From Desulfatiglandales bacterium (GTDB lineage Bacteria > Desulfobacterota > DSM-4660 > Desulfatiglandales > HGW-15), in the NCBI GenBank assembly GCA_963667015.2, contig CAXXJJ010000004.1, positions 1,888,001 to 1,952,000 on the forward strand: a stretch of 64,000 bases of DNA, read 5' to 3'. Below are positions 39,808-50,483 of the stretch, piece after piece; position 1 is the first letter of the stretch, and each line of letters begins with the position of its first letter. A program made the position numbers and the translations under genes. A model generated the notes under the pieces. It was not told the origin of the DNA and did no database searches. It saw nothing but the letters and a program-made list of their open reading frames with translations.

Positions 39808-39952
39808 CTAGTTTCCATCCATAAACGGCCCTTTTTGAATGGACGCGGTCAGCTGTCAGCAAAATGCCTTTAAAACGAAGGTTTAGCTGATGGCTGATCG
39901 CTGAATGCTGACAGCTCCATCCGTATTTTTGTTCTTTCTGGATGGGCACTAG
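39808..39952. mobile_element. MITE (~145 bp) with CTAG-terminated inverted repeats
   Basis: Left ctagtttccatccataaa vs right reverse-complement ctagtgcccatccagaaa (15/18); interior has inverted GCTGA-type heptamer runs; no ORF. Confidence 0.7.
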
Positions 39953-40077
39953 TTAAGACCATGGCAGGATATTTGCTTCTAAATGAAATGCATCTTGACT
40001 TTTTTACCTGTTGGTGTCATTTATCTTCGGTTTAAAGTAATAAAAAATACTGCCTGAAAATGAAAGGAAACTGATAG

Positions 40078-42156
40078 ATGGAAAGAAAAATCGAACAACT
40101 AAGAGATATTGCCCTATTAGCCCATGTTAGTTCAGGAAAGACTTCTCTTGCAGAAGCCATGCTTTTGAATGGTAAATCCACGAACAGACTTGGAAAAGTT
40201 GATGACGGAAGTTCAAACATGGATTATGAACCTGAAGAAATCAAGAGAAAAATCTCTATCAGCTCATCCTTTCACCACTGCGACTGGAAAAAGAACTATA
40301 TCAATATTATAGACACCCCGGGTGATGACAACTTCTTATCAGATTCAAAGGCCGCCCTTCAGGCTGCTGACGGGGCTGTTATAGTAGTTGACGCCACTGC
40401 CGGTGTAAAAATAGGTACGGAAAAGGTATGGCAGTTTGTGGAAGAGAGAGAAATCCCGAAGGCCGTATTTATAAACAAGATGGATAAGGAGCGTGCTGAC
40501 TTCTTTAAGGTTCTGGAAGAGGTCAACTCAACCTTTGATGCCAAGACAGCCCCGATATTTTTACCCATCGGCGCCGAAGATAAATTTGAAGGTGTTGTAG
40601 ATATGCTGAAGATGAAGGCATATAAAGTAAGCAAAGACGGCTCCGGGAAATCCGAGGCAATGGATATCCCTGCTGATATGGCCGATACAGTAGAAGAATG
40701 GCGCGAACAGATGATTGAGAACATCGTCGAGGCCAATGACGAACTCATGGAAAAATACCTTGAAGGTGAAGAGCTTGACAGTAAAGATATAGAAAACACC
40801 TTTTACGAAGGTGTAAAGGCCGGTCAGATAGTTCCGGTATTATGCGGCTCTGCAACCCTTAACATGGGTGTTACCCAGCTAATGGATGTTATAGTCCAAG
40901 GCTTCCCCAATCCTTCGGAAACCGAAGCATGGGAAGGCAGCAAACCTGGCTCTGATGAGGTTATCAAAAGAAAGGCATCAGAGGATGAGCCTTTTTCAGC
41001 TCTTGTTTTTAAAACCCTGGCAGACCCCTTTGCAGGCAAACTGAGCATACTTAAAATAGTTTCAGGAACAGTTGATGCAGACTCAACAGTCTATAATGCC
41101 ACCAAAGACTGCAAGGAAAAATTCGGTCAGCTCTATATACTGGAAGGCAAGAAACAGCAGGCTGTTGAAAAGGCTATTCCGGGCGATATTATTGCCCTTG
41201 CAAAACTTAAAGAAACAATGACTGGAGATACACTTTGTACTGATAAATCCCCTGTGACCTATAAGCAGGTTGAATTTCTTCCTGCCGTAATATCATATGC
41301 TGTTGAGGCAAAGACAAAGGGTACGGAAGACAAGATCTTTTCCTCACTTTCCAGGCTCCTCGAGGAAGACCCCACCCTGAAACTGGACAGAGACCAGACA
41401 ACCGCTGATATTATTCTTTCAGGCACGGGTCAGGGGCATCTCGAAACCACCTGCGAAAAACTCAATCGCAAATTCGGTGTTGAGGTAGTCCTTAAACCTG
41501 TTCAGGTTCCCTACAAGGAAACAATTAAAAAGGCGGCAAAAGGCATTGTATACAGACATAAAAAACAGTCAGGCGGCCGCGGCCAGTTTGCAGAGGTCCA
41601 TTTTGATATCTTCCCCAGGGAAAGGGGCGAAGGATTTGAGTTTGAAGAAGCCCTCGTGGGTATGAATGTTCCCCGTAACTTTGTCCCAGCAGTTGAAAAA
41701 GGACTCCTTGAATCTCTCCCGCTTGGTGTTCAGGCAGGATATCCTGTTGTTGATGTCAAGGTACGTTTTTATGATGGAAAATCACATGATGTAGACTCAT
41801 CTGAAATGGCCTTTAAGATAGCGGCAAGTATGTGTTTTAAAAAAGGCATACAGGAGGCAAGCCCTATTATCCTGGAGCCCGTTATGAAAATGGAGATCAT
41901 CGTGCCTGAGGAAAACATGGGTGATGTAATGGGCGATCTCAATGGACGAAGGGGAAGGGTTCTTGGAATGGACAGCGAGGGCAAATACCAGGTTATCAAG
42001 GCACAGGCGCCCATGTCCGAGGTACTTAAATATGCCCTTGATCTTAATGCCATGACCGCTGGAAGGGGTTCATTCAGGATGGAACACTCTCACTATGAGG
42101 AACTGCCCGCGAACCTGGCGGAAAAGGTAATAGCCGCATCAAAAGCCGAAGAATAA
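40078..42156 (+). CDS. fusA: Elongation factor G paralogue (EF-G2 type, stand-alone)
   Basis: AHVSSGKT (divergent G1), IDTPG, NKMD, HKKQSGGRGQF, HDVDSSEMAF; not in the str operon. Confidence 0.9.
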   Translation: MERKIEQLRDIALLAHVSSGKTSLAEAMLLNGKSTNRLGKVDDGSSNMDYEPEEIKRKISISSSFHHCDWKKNYINIIDTPGDDNFLSDSKAALQAADGAVIVVDATAGVKIGTEKVWQFVEEREIPKAVFINKMDKERADFFKVLEEVNSTFDAKTAPIFLPIGAEDKFEGVVDMLKMKAYKVSKDGSGKSEAMDIPADMADTVEEWREQMIENIVEANDELMEKYLEGEELDSKDIENTFYEGVKAGQIVPVLCGSATLNMGVTQLMDVIVQGFPNPSETEAWEGSKPGSDEVIKRKASEDEPFSALVFKTLADPFAGKLSILKIVSGTVDADSTVYNATKDCKEKFGQLYILEGKKQQAVEKAIPGDIIALAKLKETMTGDTLCTDKSPVTYKQVEFLPAVISYAVEAKTKGTEDKIFSSLSRLLEEDPTLKLDRDQTTADIILSGTGQGHLETTCEKLNRKFGVEVVLKPVQVPYKETIKKAAKGIVYRHKKQSGGRGQFAEVHFDIFPRERGEGFEFEEALVGMNVPRNFVPAVEKGLLESLPLGVQAGYPVVDVKVRFYDGKSHDVDSSEMAFKIAASMCFKKGIQEASPIILEPVMKMEIIVPEENMGDVMGDLNGRRGRVLGMDSEGKYQVIKAQAPMSEVLKYALDLNAMTAGRGSFRMEHSHYEELPANLAEKVIAASKAEE

Positions 42157-42215
42157 TACGAATCCAGTAACTATCGTTTCTGGATACCTAAATATAAAAC
42201 ATTAATAAAGGTAAT

Positions 42216-42713
42216 ATGTCCGATAAATTCAAAGCAGGCGTGCTCACCATGAGCGACAAGGGGGCACGGGGAGAAAGAGTGGATGAAAGCGGTGATCTCG
42301 CCTGCAGAATGCTTGGGGACCATGGCTTTGAAGTGGCCTTAAAGGAGATTGTCCCGGACAGAAGAGAAGAAATTATTAACACACTCATAGACTGGTGTGA
42401 CAATAAAAAATTATCCCTTATTGTCACATCCGGGGGCACAGGACTAAGCCCAACGGATGTGACACCCCAGGCCATGCAGGGTGTTATAGAGTATGAAGTT
42501 CCCGGAATTGCAGAGGCCATGAGGGCAGCAAGCCTTTTAAAAACACCCCATGCAATGATATCAAGGGCAATGGCAGGCGTAAGGGAAAAATGCCTTATAA
42601 TCAACCTGCCGGGAAGCCCGAAAGGTGTAAAAGAGAATCTTGAGGTTGTCCTCCCTGCGTTGGAACATGCTCTCTCAAAACTATCGGGAGACACAACTGA
42701 CTGTGCCAGATGA
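42216..42713 (+). CDS. mog: Molybdopterin adenylyltransferase MogA/MoaB
   Basis: TMSDKGARGERVDESG, TSGGTGLSPTDVTP, SRAMAG, INLPGSPKG. Confidence 0.92.
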   Translation: MSDKFKAGVLTMSDKGARGERVDESGDLACRMLGDHGFEVALKEIVPDRREEIINTLIDWCDNKKLSLIVTSGGTGLSPTDVTPQAMQGVIEYEVPGIAEAMRAASLLKTPHAMISRAMAGVREKCLIINLPGSPKGVKENLEVVLPALEHALSKLSGDTTDCAR

Positions 42714-42823
42714 CATAGAGCCTTAGACAAACCATCATTTATACCAATCATTTTTTCTAAAATTATCAATTTGTTAAGAAAGCCGTGTTGCATATTATTC
42801 AGGCGTGATTATTGTTATATCAT

Positions 42824-42906
42824 GATAGGGAAAAGGTTTTAAACGCCTTATCAGTCAAGGTCCCTGAGTTTTCACCCTCCTTTCTCCTCTCAGGGACCCC
42901 CCTTTT
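42824..42906 (+). ncRNA. Candidate two-hairpin sRNA with anti-Shine-Dalgarno loop
   Basis: Hairpin gataggg..ccttatc, then ggtccctgag-[ttttcaccctcctttctcct]-ctcagggacc plus C/T tail; TTGCAT-N16-TATTGT upstream. Confidence 0.45.
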
Positions 42907-43067
42907 AATTCTTAAAAACCACAAATAGATTGAAAAAATACTATCATTTTTGAAAGAGATTTAGTATGCTTGCGAAGTTTTTTTACCCAGCAGATGGACT
43001 AATGGGGTTTAAAATATAAAACCCAAAAAAATACCAAAGTTTTTCATAATAATTTAGGGAGGTTATA

Positions 43068-43673
43068 ATGAATCTTAAACATAAGCCCAGGGGTTTTTCT
43101 CGAATCTTTTTAGCTTTGTTTTTCCTTCTCATCGCTGGTTCTTTTATAGTCTCAAACGGTTCCATGATATATGCCGATGACGAGAATGAGTCTGGAGTAA
43201 CTGTTCAGAATACTGATGATGAAAAAATGACTGAAGAGATGGCTCAGAAAATAAAAGAAATGATGATAATTACCATCGACAACAAGGGCTATAAAAAGGA
43301 TAGAAAAGGTCCGGCTAAATTTGAACATGTCAAACATGCCAGGGAATATGCGATCTCATGCTGGGAATGCCATCATGAATACAATAAAGATGAGCAGGTA
43401 AAACAGCCTGAAAAGGCCGAGGCGACTGAAGGCTCTGAACAGATGGCAAAAGATGAAAAGCCTTTACCTAAAGAACGGACTGATCAGAATATCTGGTCGC
43501 CCTGGGGAATAACAAAAAAATGTTCCGAATGTCATGACCCGCAGGAAAAGAAAGATGACGTAATAAAGCTTCAGGCCGCTTATCATAAAAACTGCAAAAA
43601 CTGTCACATGGACAGAAAAATATATGGGAGTGATGTCCTGGCCTACAGAAAGTGCACAAGCTGTCATGAATAG
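43068..43673 (+). CDS. Class III tetrahaem cytochrome c3
   Basis: Signal/TM segment; F.H..H, CWECHH, CSECH, AYH..CKNCH, CTSCH. Confidence 0.9.
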   Translation: MNLKHKPRGFSRIFLALFFLLIAGSFIVSNGSMIYADDENESGVTVQNTDDEKMTEEMAQKIKEMMIITIDNKGYKKDRKGPAKFEHVKHAREYAISCWECHHEYNKDEQVKQPEKAEATEGSEQMAKDEKPLPKERTDQNIWSPWGITKKCSECHDPQEKKDDVIKLQAAYHKNCKNCHMDRKIYGSDVLAYRKCTSCHE

Positions 43674-43748
43674 GGCTTACTGTATATCTTTCTGATTTGG
43701 AATTTTAGAATATCCCGGCGAAAGCCGTGATTTCCCATAAAAAAGAAT

Positions 43749-43778
43749 AAAAACCCCGGCTAAAGCCGGGGTTTTTTT
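43749..43778 (+). terminator. Rho-independent terminator
   Basis: aaaaaccccggc-taaa-gccggggttttttt. Confidence 0.85.
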
Positions 43779-43923
43779 ATATGAAAAACCTCTGACGGGC
43801 CTGTTACACTCTTCCCGCTTTATCGGAATATGACAAATAAAATCATGATCCATCCCGGGCAACCTGGTTGCATTTAACTCACAAAGAATTGAATTTAAGC
43901 ATAATTTATATATAATAATCAAC

Positions 43924-45480
43924 ATGACAAAAACAGACACTACAAAATACAAATTGACGCTCAGGTCATTAACCAGTCAGGACTACCCCCATATCAAGCG
44001 AATAATGAATATTGTATATGCCGATATCGGCGGTGCATGGAGCCCCGGTGAATTTGGTACCCTGATCGACAATTTCCCTGAAGGACAGATCTGTATTGAA
44101 GACAGCGGAAAGGTAGTTGCAGCAGCACTTGCCATTCGTGTTAATGCAGAGGAATATGAGAACCGGCACTCCTACGATGACCTTGTGGATAAAGGACGTA
44201 TGTCCGGTCACGACCCTGAAGGAGATGCACTTTACGGGCTCGATCTTTTTGTAGATCCGGAATACAGAGGTCTGCGGCTGGGAAGGCGCCTGTATGATGC
44301 AAGGAAGGAGCTTTGCGAAAAGCTGAATTTAAAGGCCATCATTTTCGGAGGAAGGATTCCGGGATATGGGGAACATTCGGGAGAAATGACTCCCCAGGAT
44401 TATATACAGAAGGTCAAAGACAACGAGATATATGATCCTGTTCTATCTTTTCAGATCTCAAATGATTTTCATATCAAGAAGGTAATGAAGAATTACATCC
44501 CTGAGGATACCAAATCCGACTCCTACGGCGTTTTGATGGAGTGGAACAACATCTATTATGAAAAGAAACAGAAGCTGTTTGGAGGCAGAAAATCATTTCC
44601 GCGTATCAGTGTTGTACAATGGCAGATGCGCCCGTTTACCCATCTTGATGAATTTCTGCAGCAGGCGGAATTTTTCATAGACGCGGTGGCCGGATATAAT
44701 TCCGACCTTGTATTATTCCCTGAACTGCTTAACGCTCCTCTTCTTAAAAATTTCAACCAGGAAAATCCTGCAGAGGCAATGCGCTCTCTGTCAGAGTATA
44801 CCGATGACATACGTACTGCATTTGTTAACATGGCCATAACCTACAACGTCAATATAGTCGCCGGCAGCATACCTGAACTGAGGGATGACTCCCTTTATAA
44901 TGTTTCATTTCTGTGCCGCCGCGATGGGACATGGGATGCCCAGTACAAGATACATATAACCCCGGATGAATCCCAGTACTGGGGCCTTCGGGGTGGAGAT
45001 GAAATTCGTGTATTTGATACGGATATAGGAAAGATCGGTATACTGATCTGCTATGATGTGGAATTTCCCGAACTTGCACGATATCTTGTCGACAGGGGAA
45101 TGACCCTTCTCCTGGTTCCATACTGGACTGACACCAAAAACGGATATCTCAGGGTAAGAAGGTGCGCTCAGGCCAGGGCCATTGAAAACGAGTGTTATGT
45201 TGCCATTTCAGGAAGCGTCGGCAACCTTCCAAAGGTAGAAAATATGGACATCCAGTATTCACAGTCTGCCATATTTACACCTTCGGACTTCGCCTTTCCC
45301 CATGACGCCATCGCAGCAGAAGCCACCCCCAATACTGAAATGACCCTCATGGTGGACCTGGATCTTGACCTGTTAAAGGAACTGAGACAGCAGGGAAGTG
45401 TAAGGAATCTCGAGAGCAGACGCAAGGAATTATACGAAATAACCTGGAAACCTGCCATAAACAGCAGGGATAAAAAATGA
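43924..45480 (+). CDS. Bifunctional GNAT acetyltransferase / carbon-nitrogen hydrolase
   Basis: FVDPEYRGLRLGRRLYDARK (GNAT); FPEL, QYKIH, LICYDVEFPE (nitrilase Glu-Lys-Cys triad). Confidence 0.92.
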   Translation: MTKTDTTKYKLTLRSLTSQDYPHIKRIMNIVYADIGGAWSPGEFGTLIDNFPEGQICIEDSGKVVAAALAIRVNAEEYENRHSYDDLVDKGRMSGHDPEGDALYGLDLFVDPEYRGLRLGRRLYDARKELCEKLNLKAIIFGGRIPGYGEHSGEMTPQDYIQKVKDNEIYDPVLSFQISNDFHIKKVMKNYIPEDTKSDSYGVLMEWNNIYYEKKQKLFGGRKSFPRISVVQWQMRPFTHLDEFLQQAEFFIDAVAGYNSDLVLFPELLNAPLLKNFNQENPAEAMRSLSEYTDDIRTAFVNMAITYNVNIVAGSIPELRDDSLYNVSFLCRRDGTWDAQYKIHITPDESQYWGLRGGDEIRVFDTDIGKIGILICYDVEFPELARYLVDRGMTLLLVPYWTDTKNGYLRVRRCAQARAIENECYVAISGSVGNLPKVENMDIQYSQSAIFTPSDFAFPHDAIAAEATPNTEMTLMVDLDLDLLKELRQQGSVRNLESRRKELYEITWKPAINSRDKK

Positions 45481-45564
45481 ACTATCCCTCCGCAAGCAGC
45501 GGGATATCAAATAAGAACACAATACCTTAACCCGGAAATCAGGCAGTCATGAGTTTCAGGTAAG

Positions 45565-47103
45565 CTACAGCGGTATATTCCCGTGCTTTTTGGCAGGATT
45601 TGAATCCTGCTTGTCTTTAAGCAGCTTCAGGGCATTGATTATTCTGGGCCTGGTTCGTGCCGGCTCTATTATGTCGTCTATATAACCCCGTTTTGCCGCT
45701 ACAAGAGGATTGGCTACCAGTTCCGAATATTCCCTCTCCCTTTCGGCAAGAAAGGCATCCCGGTCATCCTGAAAATAATTATTATAGAGCACCTCAACCG
45801 CACCCTTTGCACCCATAACCGCTATTTCAGCCGTGGGCCAGGCATAGTTGATGTCGCCTCTCAGATGTTTGGATGACATAACACAGTAGGCACCGCCATA
45901 GGCCTTGCGGGTAATAATAGTCACCTTGGGCACTGTTGCTTCGGCATAGGCATATAACATCTTTGCGCCGTTTCTAATTATTCCGTTGTATTCCTGGACC
46001 GTTCCCGGAAGAAAACCCGGAACATCCACAAATGTTATCACAGGGATATTAAAACAGTCACAGAACCTTACAAACCTTGCGCCCTTTATCGAAGAATTAT
46101 TATCAAGCACACCTGCCAGAAAGCGGGGCTGATTTGCCACTATACCGACCGGAAAACCGCCGTACCTGGCAAATCCGACAATAAGGTTGGGAGCATATTT
46201 TTTATGCACCTCGAGAAATTTGCCACTATCAACCGTTCGGGTGATAATCTCCTTCATGTCATAAACCCGGGCAGGATTATCGGGCACAATACTGTTCAGA
46301 TCAGGATCTCTCCTCTCATCAGGATCATTGCATTCCGCCCATGGAGGTTTCTCCCTGTTGCTCTGGGGGAAGTATGACAGCATTTCCCTTACATACTCTA
46401 TGGCCTCCTCATCCGATTTTACCGAATGATGGGCTACTCCGCTCTTTGCGGTGTGTACCGATGCCCCGCCAAGATCCTCGATACTAACATCTTCATGGGT
46501 TACTGCCTTAACCACCCTCGGTCCGGTCAAAAACATATACCCGTTATCCTGGACCATAACAGTAAAATCGGTAAGCGCAGGAGAATAGACTGCTCCGCCT
46601 GCGCATGGTCCTAAAACAATAGAGATCTGGGGCACTACCCCTGAGGACATGACATTTCTTAAAAAAATATCAGTATAACCTGCGAGGCTTTCGATGCCTT
46701 CCTGTATCCTTGCCCCTCCCGAATCATTAAAGCCTATTACAGGAGCGCCGTTTTTCATTGCCATATCCATAACCTTGCAGATCTTTTCTGCAAAGGTCTC
46801 GGAAAGGCTGCCCCCGAAGACTGTCATATCATGGGAAAAGATATAGACAGGCCTGCCGTTCACGGTACCGTGACCAGTAACCACACCGTCTCCAAGTATC
46901 TCTTTATTTTCCATCCCGAAATTGCGGCACCGATGGGTCTTGAAGGTATCAAACTCTTCAAAACTCCCCTTATCAAGAAGAAGCTCTATTCGTTCCCTTG
47001 CGGTAAGCTTTCCCTTTGCCTTGTGCTTTTTGATCCGGTCAGGTCCTCCGCCAAGGGCGGCCTGTTCACGCAGCCGCATCAACTCATTCATTTTGTCTGT
47101 CAT
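45565..47103 (-). CDS. Acyl-CoA carboxylase beta / methylmalonyl-CoA decarboxylase alpha (carboxyltransferase)
   Basis: [53 protein letters not shown]. Confidence 0.93.
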   Translation of the reverse strand: MTDKMNELMRLREQAALGGGPDRIKKHKAKGKLTARERIELLLDKGSFEEFDTFKTHRCRNFGMENKEILGDGVVTGHGTVNGRPVYIFSHDMTVFGGSLSETFAEKICKVMDMAMKNGAPVIGFNDSGGARIQEGIESLAGYTDIFLRNVMSSGVVPQISIVLGPCAGGAVYSPALTDFTVMVQDNGYMFLTGPRVVKAVTHEDVSIEDLGGASVHTAKSGVAHHSVKSDEEAIEYVREMLSYFPQSNREKPPWAECNDPDERRDPDLNSIVPDNPARVYDMKEIITRTVDSGKFLEVHKKYAPNLIVGFARYGGFPVGIVANQPRFLAGVLDNNSSIKGARFVRFCDCFNIPVITFVDVPGFLPGTVQEYNGIIRNGAKMLYAYAEATVPKVTIITRKAYGGAYCVMSSKHLRGDINYAWPTAEIAVMGAKGAVEVLYNNYFQDDRDAFLAEREREYSELVANPLVAAKRGYIDDIIEPARTRPRIINALKLLKDKQDSNPAKKHGNIPL

Positions 47104-47115
47104 AAGCCGGTCCTG

Positions 47116-47523
47116 TTATTCGTCCTCTTTACAGCAGAACTCTGTCAACACTCCGCATGTTGATTTCGGATGGAGGAAAGCAACTTTTTTGCCCCCTGCC
47201 CCTTCCACAGGGATCTTGTTTATAAGGCTGCACCCGCACTTTTCCGCCTGGCCGAGCTGTCCTTCCACGCTGTCCGTCTGAAAAGCGATGTGATGCACTC
47301 CTTCACCATTTTTGCCCAGAAATTTGGCAACAGCACTCTCTTCCGAGGTTGGCTCAAGTAATTCAATGTGGACTTCACCCACCGAGTAAAATGCTGTCTT
47401 TACCTTCTGGGATTCCACTGTTTCAACACCTTCACATGTAAGCCCCAGCGTGTTCTCAAAATAATCCCTGGCCTGTTCAATAGACGTTACCGCAATTCCT
47501 ATATGATCAATCTTCTTTATCAT
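47116..47523 (-). CDS. mce: Methylmalonyl-CoA epimerase
   Basis: IDHIGIAV, IELLEP, GEGVHHIAF, FLHPKST.GVLTE. Confidence 0.93.
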   Translation of the reverse strand: MIKKIDHIGIAVTSIEQARDYFENTLGLTCEGVETVESQKVKTAFYSVGEVHIELLEPTSEESAVAKFLGKNGEGVHHIAFQTDSVEGQLGQAEKCGCSLINKIPVEGAGGKKVAFLHPKSTCGVLTEFCCKEDE

Positions 47524-47525
47524 GT

Positions 47526-49175
47526 CTACCCCCTGTACCTGTACTCGCCAAACACATCACGAAGCACACCGCATATCTCCCCAAGTGTGGCATATTCCCT
47601 TACGGCTGCCAGTATCGGAGGCATCAGGTTGCTGTCACCCTTTGCAGCATCTCTGAGCACTGAAAGGGTCGCTTCCACCTTTTCCTTATTTCTGCCTTCC
47701 TTAAGAATTTTCAGGCCTTCTACCTGGTTATCCTCTACCTCGGGATCAATCTTTAAGACCGGTGGTTTGAATTCTTCCTCAACCTTAAACTTATTCATTC
47801 CGACGATAATACGCTCCTGGCTTTCTATCTCCTTCTGGTATTCATAGGCGGATTTTTCGATGTGTCTCTGTATGAAACCCTTTTCTATACTTGCAACAAC
47901 ACCGCCTTCCTTTTCAACCTGCGCCATGAGTTCGACTGCCTGCTTCTCGATTTTATCGGTCAGTTCTTCTATAAAATAAGAGCCGGCAAGGGGATCAATC
48001 GTATCTGCAACGCCTGATTCATGGGCAATTATCTGCTGAGTCCTGAGTGCGGTCCTTACCGAATCCTCGGTCGGAAGACCAAGCGCCTCATCCTTTGAAT
48101 TGGTATGCAGGGATTGTGTCCCTCCCAGCACGGCTGCAAGGGCCTGGATTGTTACCCTCACAATGTTGTTGTCCACCTGCTGGGCAGTGAGTGTGTTACC
48201 TGCCGTCTGCGTATGGAAGCGCATCATCTGGCTTGCAGGCTTTTTGGCCCCGAATCTTTCTTTCATTATCTTTGCCCAGAGTCTTCTGGCGGCCCTGAAC
48301 TTGGCTACCTCTTCCAGGATGTTTGATGAGGCGTTAAAGAAAAAGGCAAGCCTGGTTGCAAAGGTATCTATTTCAAGGCCAGCATCTATTGCGGACTGCA
48401 CATAGGTGCATGCATTTGCAAGCGTAAAGGCGACCTCTTCAACGGCCGTGGAGCCCGCTTCCCTTATATGGTATCCCGATATTGAGATAGTGTTAAAAGA
48501 GGGGAGATTCTGACTGCAGTACTGAAAAATATCCGTGATCAGTTTGAGACTGGGCTTTGGCGGAAAGATATATGTTCCTCTTGCAACATACTCCTTCAGG
48601 ACATCATTCTGTATTGTGCCCTTTAATTTATCCGCAGAAACGCCCTGCTTCTCGCCAAGGGCGATATACATTGCAAGAAGTACTGCAGCAGGGGCATTTA
48701 TGGTCATGGATGTTGATATCTTATCAAGGGGGATTCCCTTAAATAAAACTTCCATATCCGCAAGCGAATCAATAGCAACACCTACTTTCCCTACTTCACC
48801 GGCACTCATGGGATCATCCGAGTCATAGCCGATCTGTGTGGGCAGATCAAATGCTATCGAGAGCCCTGTCGTGCCCTGATCGAGAAGGTATCTGAACCTG
48901 TTGTTTGTTTCAGCCGCGGTTGAAAAACCCGCATACTGACGCATTGTCCACAAACGTCCCCGATACATGGTAGGCTGTACACCTCTTGTAAAAGGATATC
49001 TGCCGGGGAATCCCTGTTCGGAAATATAATTATCATCTATATCTGCAGGAAAGGAAATCCTTGGAATCTCCTCCTGGCCGTGGTTAATAAACCGCTCTTT
49101 GCGCTCGGGAAACCTGGCAGTACTTTTTGCCAGCTCGTTTTCTTCCCATTCCTTAATTCTAGCGTCCTTACTCAT
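47526..49175 (-). CDS. Methylmalonyl-CoA mutase family, substrate-binding subunit
   Basis: [47 protein letters not shown]. Confidence 0.93.
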   Translation of the reverse strand: MSKDARIKEWEENELAKSTARFPERKERFINHGQEEIPRISFPADIDDNYISEQGFPGRYPFTRGVQPTMYRGRLWTMRQYAGFSTAAETNNRFRYLLDQGTTGLSIAFDLPTQIGYDSDDPMSAGEVGKVGVAIDSLADMEVLFKGIPLDKISTSMTINAPAAVLLAMYIALGEKQGVSADKLKGTIQNDVLKEYVARGTYIFPPKPSLKLITDIFQYCSQNLPSFNTISISGYHIREAGSTAVEEVAFTLANACTYVQSAIDAGLEIDTFATRLAFFFNASSNILEEVAKFRAARRLWAKIMKERFGAKKPASQMMRFHTQTAGNTLTAQQVDNNIVRVTIQALAAVLGGTQSLHTNSKDEALGLPTEDSVRTALRTQQIIAHESGVADTIDPLAGSYFIEELTDKIEKQAVELMAQVEKEGGVVASIEKGFIQRHIEKSAYEYQKEIESQERIIVGMNKFKVEEEFKPPVLKIDPEVEDNQVEGLKILKEGRNKEKVEATLSVLRDAAKGDSNLMPPILAAVREYATLGEICGVLRDVFGEYRYRG

Positions 49176-49217
49176 GGTGATCCTTTTCTATATTAACAGT
49201 TCGTTCTTCATTACGGG

Positions 49218-49631
49218 TTAGCTGTAAAACGCATCACAGGCAACTTTAAATGCCTCGATTATTTCAGCAAGGGATGCCCCGGGAGTAAACACTCCCTCTA
49301 TTCCGGCCTTTTTAAGTACCTCAATATCGTCATCAGGGATAATACCGCCGCCAAGCACTTTAATATCCTCTGCCCCTGCCTTTTTCAGCTCATCAATGAC
49401 AGCTGGAAAAAGCCTGAGATGTGCGCCTGACAGGGAAGAAAGACCGATAACCGCCACATCCTCCTGAACAGCTGTTGCAACGATCTCCCGTGGAGACTGC
49501 CGGATACCCGTGTAAATAACCTCAAACTCATTATCCCTCAGTGCCCTTGCTATTATTTTGGCTCCCCGGTCATGACCGTCCAGGCCGGGTTTTGCAATTA
49601 AAACTCTATATTTTACTTTTTTATCGTTCAT
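49218..49631 (-). CDS. Methylmalonyl-CoA mutase cobalamin-binding subunit
   Basis: [26 protein letters not shown]. Confidence 0.93.
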   Translation of the reverse strand: MNDKKVKYRVLIAKPGLDGHDRGAKIIARALRDNEFEVIYTGIRQSPREIVATAVQEDVAVIGLSSLSGAHLRLFPAVIDELKKAGAEDIKVLGGGIIPDDDIEVLKKAGIEGVFTPGASLAEIIEAFKVACDAFYS

Positions 49632-49656
49632 GTATTCCTCAATTAAAAAACTAAAA

Positions 49657-50460
49657 TTACTTTTTTTTGCCGATTATACCCTGCCTGTAGGCCGAGGTAA
49701 AATTGCGGCAAAATCTGTCCCTGCCCAGTACAACATCAGCGGCATAGATAATGCTTTTCAGGTCTGTATTTTCAGGATCTACAATCGCACTGTCCATTCC
49801 TGCTGCAATTGCAAGGACAGCAAATGCCTGGTTAATGACCGATCTTGCAGGCAGCCCGAAGGATATATTACTTAAACCTCCGGTGATATGTACATCGGGA
49901 TATTTTTCAAGAATCTTCCGCATGGATTCAAATGCAATATTGCCGCTCTTCGTATCTGTTGATACGGTTCCTACCAGTGGATCAATGTGCAGCTTGCTGT
50001 CAGCAAGGCCTCCCTCCCTGGTCATTGCAATGAGCCTGTCCAGAATTTCCATCCGCTTTTCAACGGTTGTTGGGATACCGTCATCATCGCATGTCAGAAC
50101 AATCAGCTCGGTCTGATGTTCGCATGCAAGGGGAAGGACCCCATTTACACGTATTTTCTCACCGCTAAGTGAATTTATCATGGGGGTTTTCTTTACAACA
50201 GTAAAACCTGCCTTCAGGGCCTCGGGATTGGCGGAATCAAGACAAAGTGTAGCGTCAGTAACCTCCTGAACCGTGTTTATCAGCCAGATCATGTCTTCCG
50301 GTTCCTTTTCGGGAGCTGTCCCGGCATTAACATCAAGAAAATCAACACCTGCATTTACCTGCCTTAATGCAAGGTCTTTAATAAAATCTGCATCTTTTGC
50401 AGCAATCGCTTCCTTTACCCGTTTACGGGTTCCGTTTATTTTTTCTCCAATAACGATCAT
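49657..50460 (-). CDS. Methyltetrahydrofolate:corrinoid methyltransferase (AcsE/MetH pterin-binding type); start at MIVIGEK
   Basis: [43 protein letters not shown]. Confidence 0.88.
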   Translation of the reverse strand: MIVIGEKINGTRKRVKEAIAAKDADFIKDLALRQVNAGVDFLDVNAGTAPEKEPEDMIWLINTVQEVTDATLCLDSANPEALKAGFTVVKKTPMINSLSGEKIRVNGVLPLACEHQTELIVLTCDDDGIPTTVEKRMEILDRLIAMTREGGLADSKLHIDPLVGTVSTDTKSGNIAFESMRKILEKYPDVHITGGLSNISFGLPARSVINQAFAVLAIAAGMDSAIVDPENTDLKSIIYAADVVLGRDRFCRNFTSAYRQGIIGKKK

Positions 50461-50483
50461 ATTATTATCCCTTTCTTCGAATA

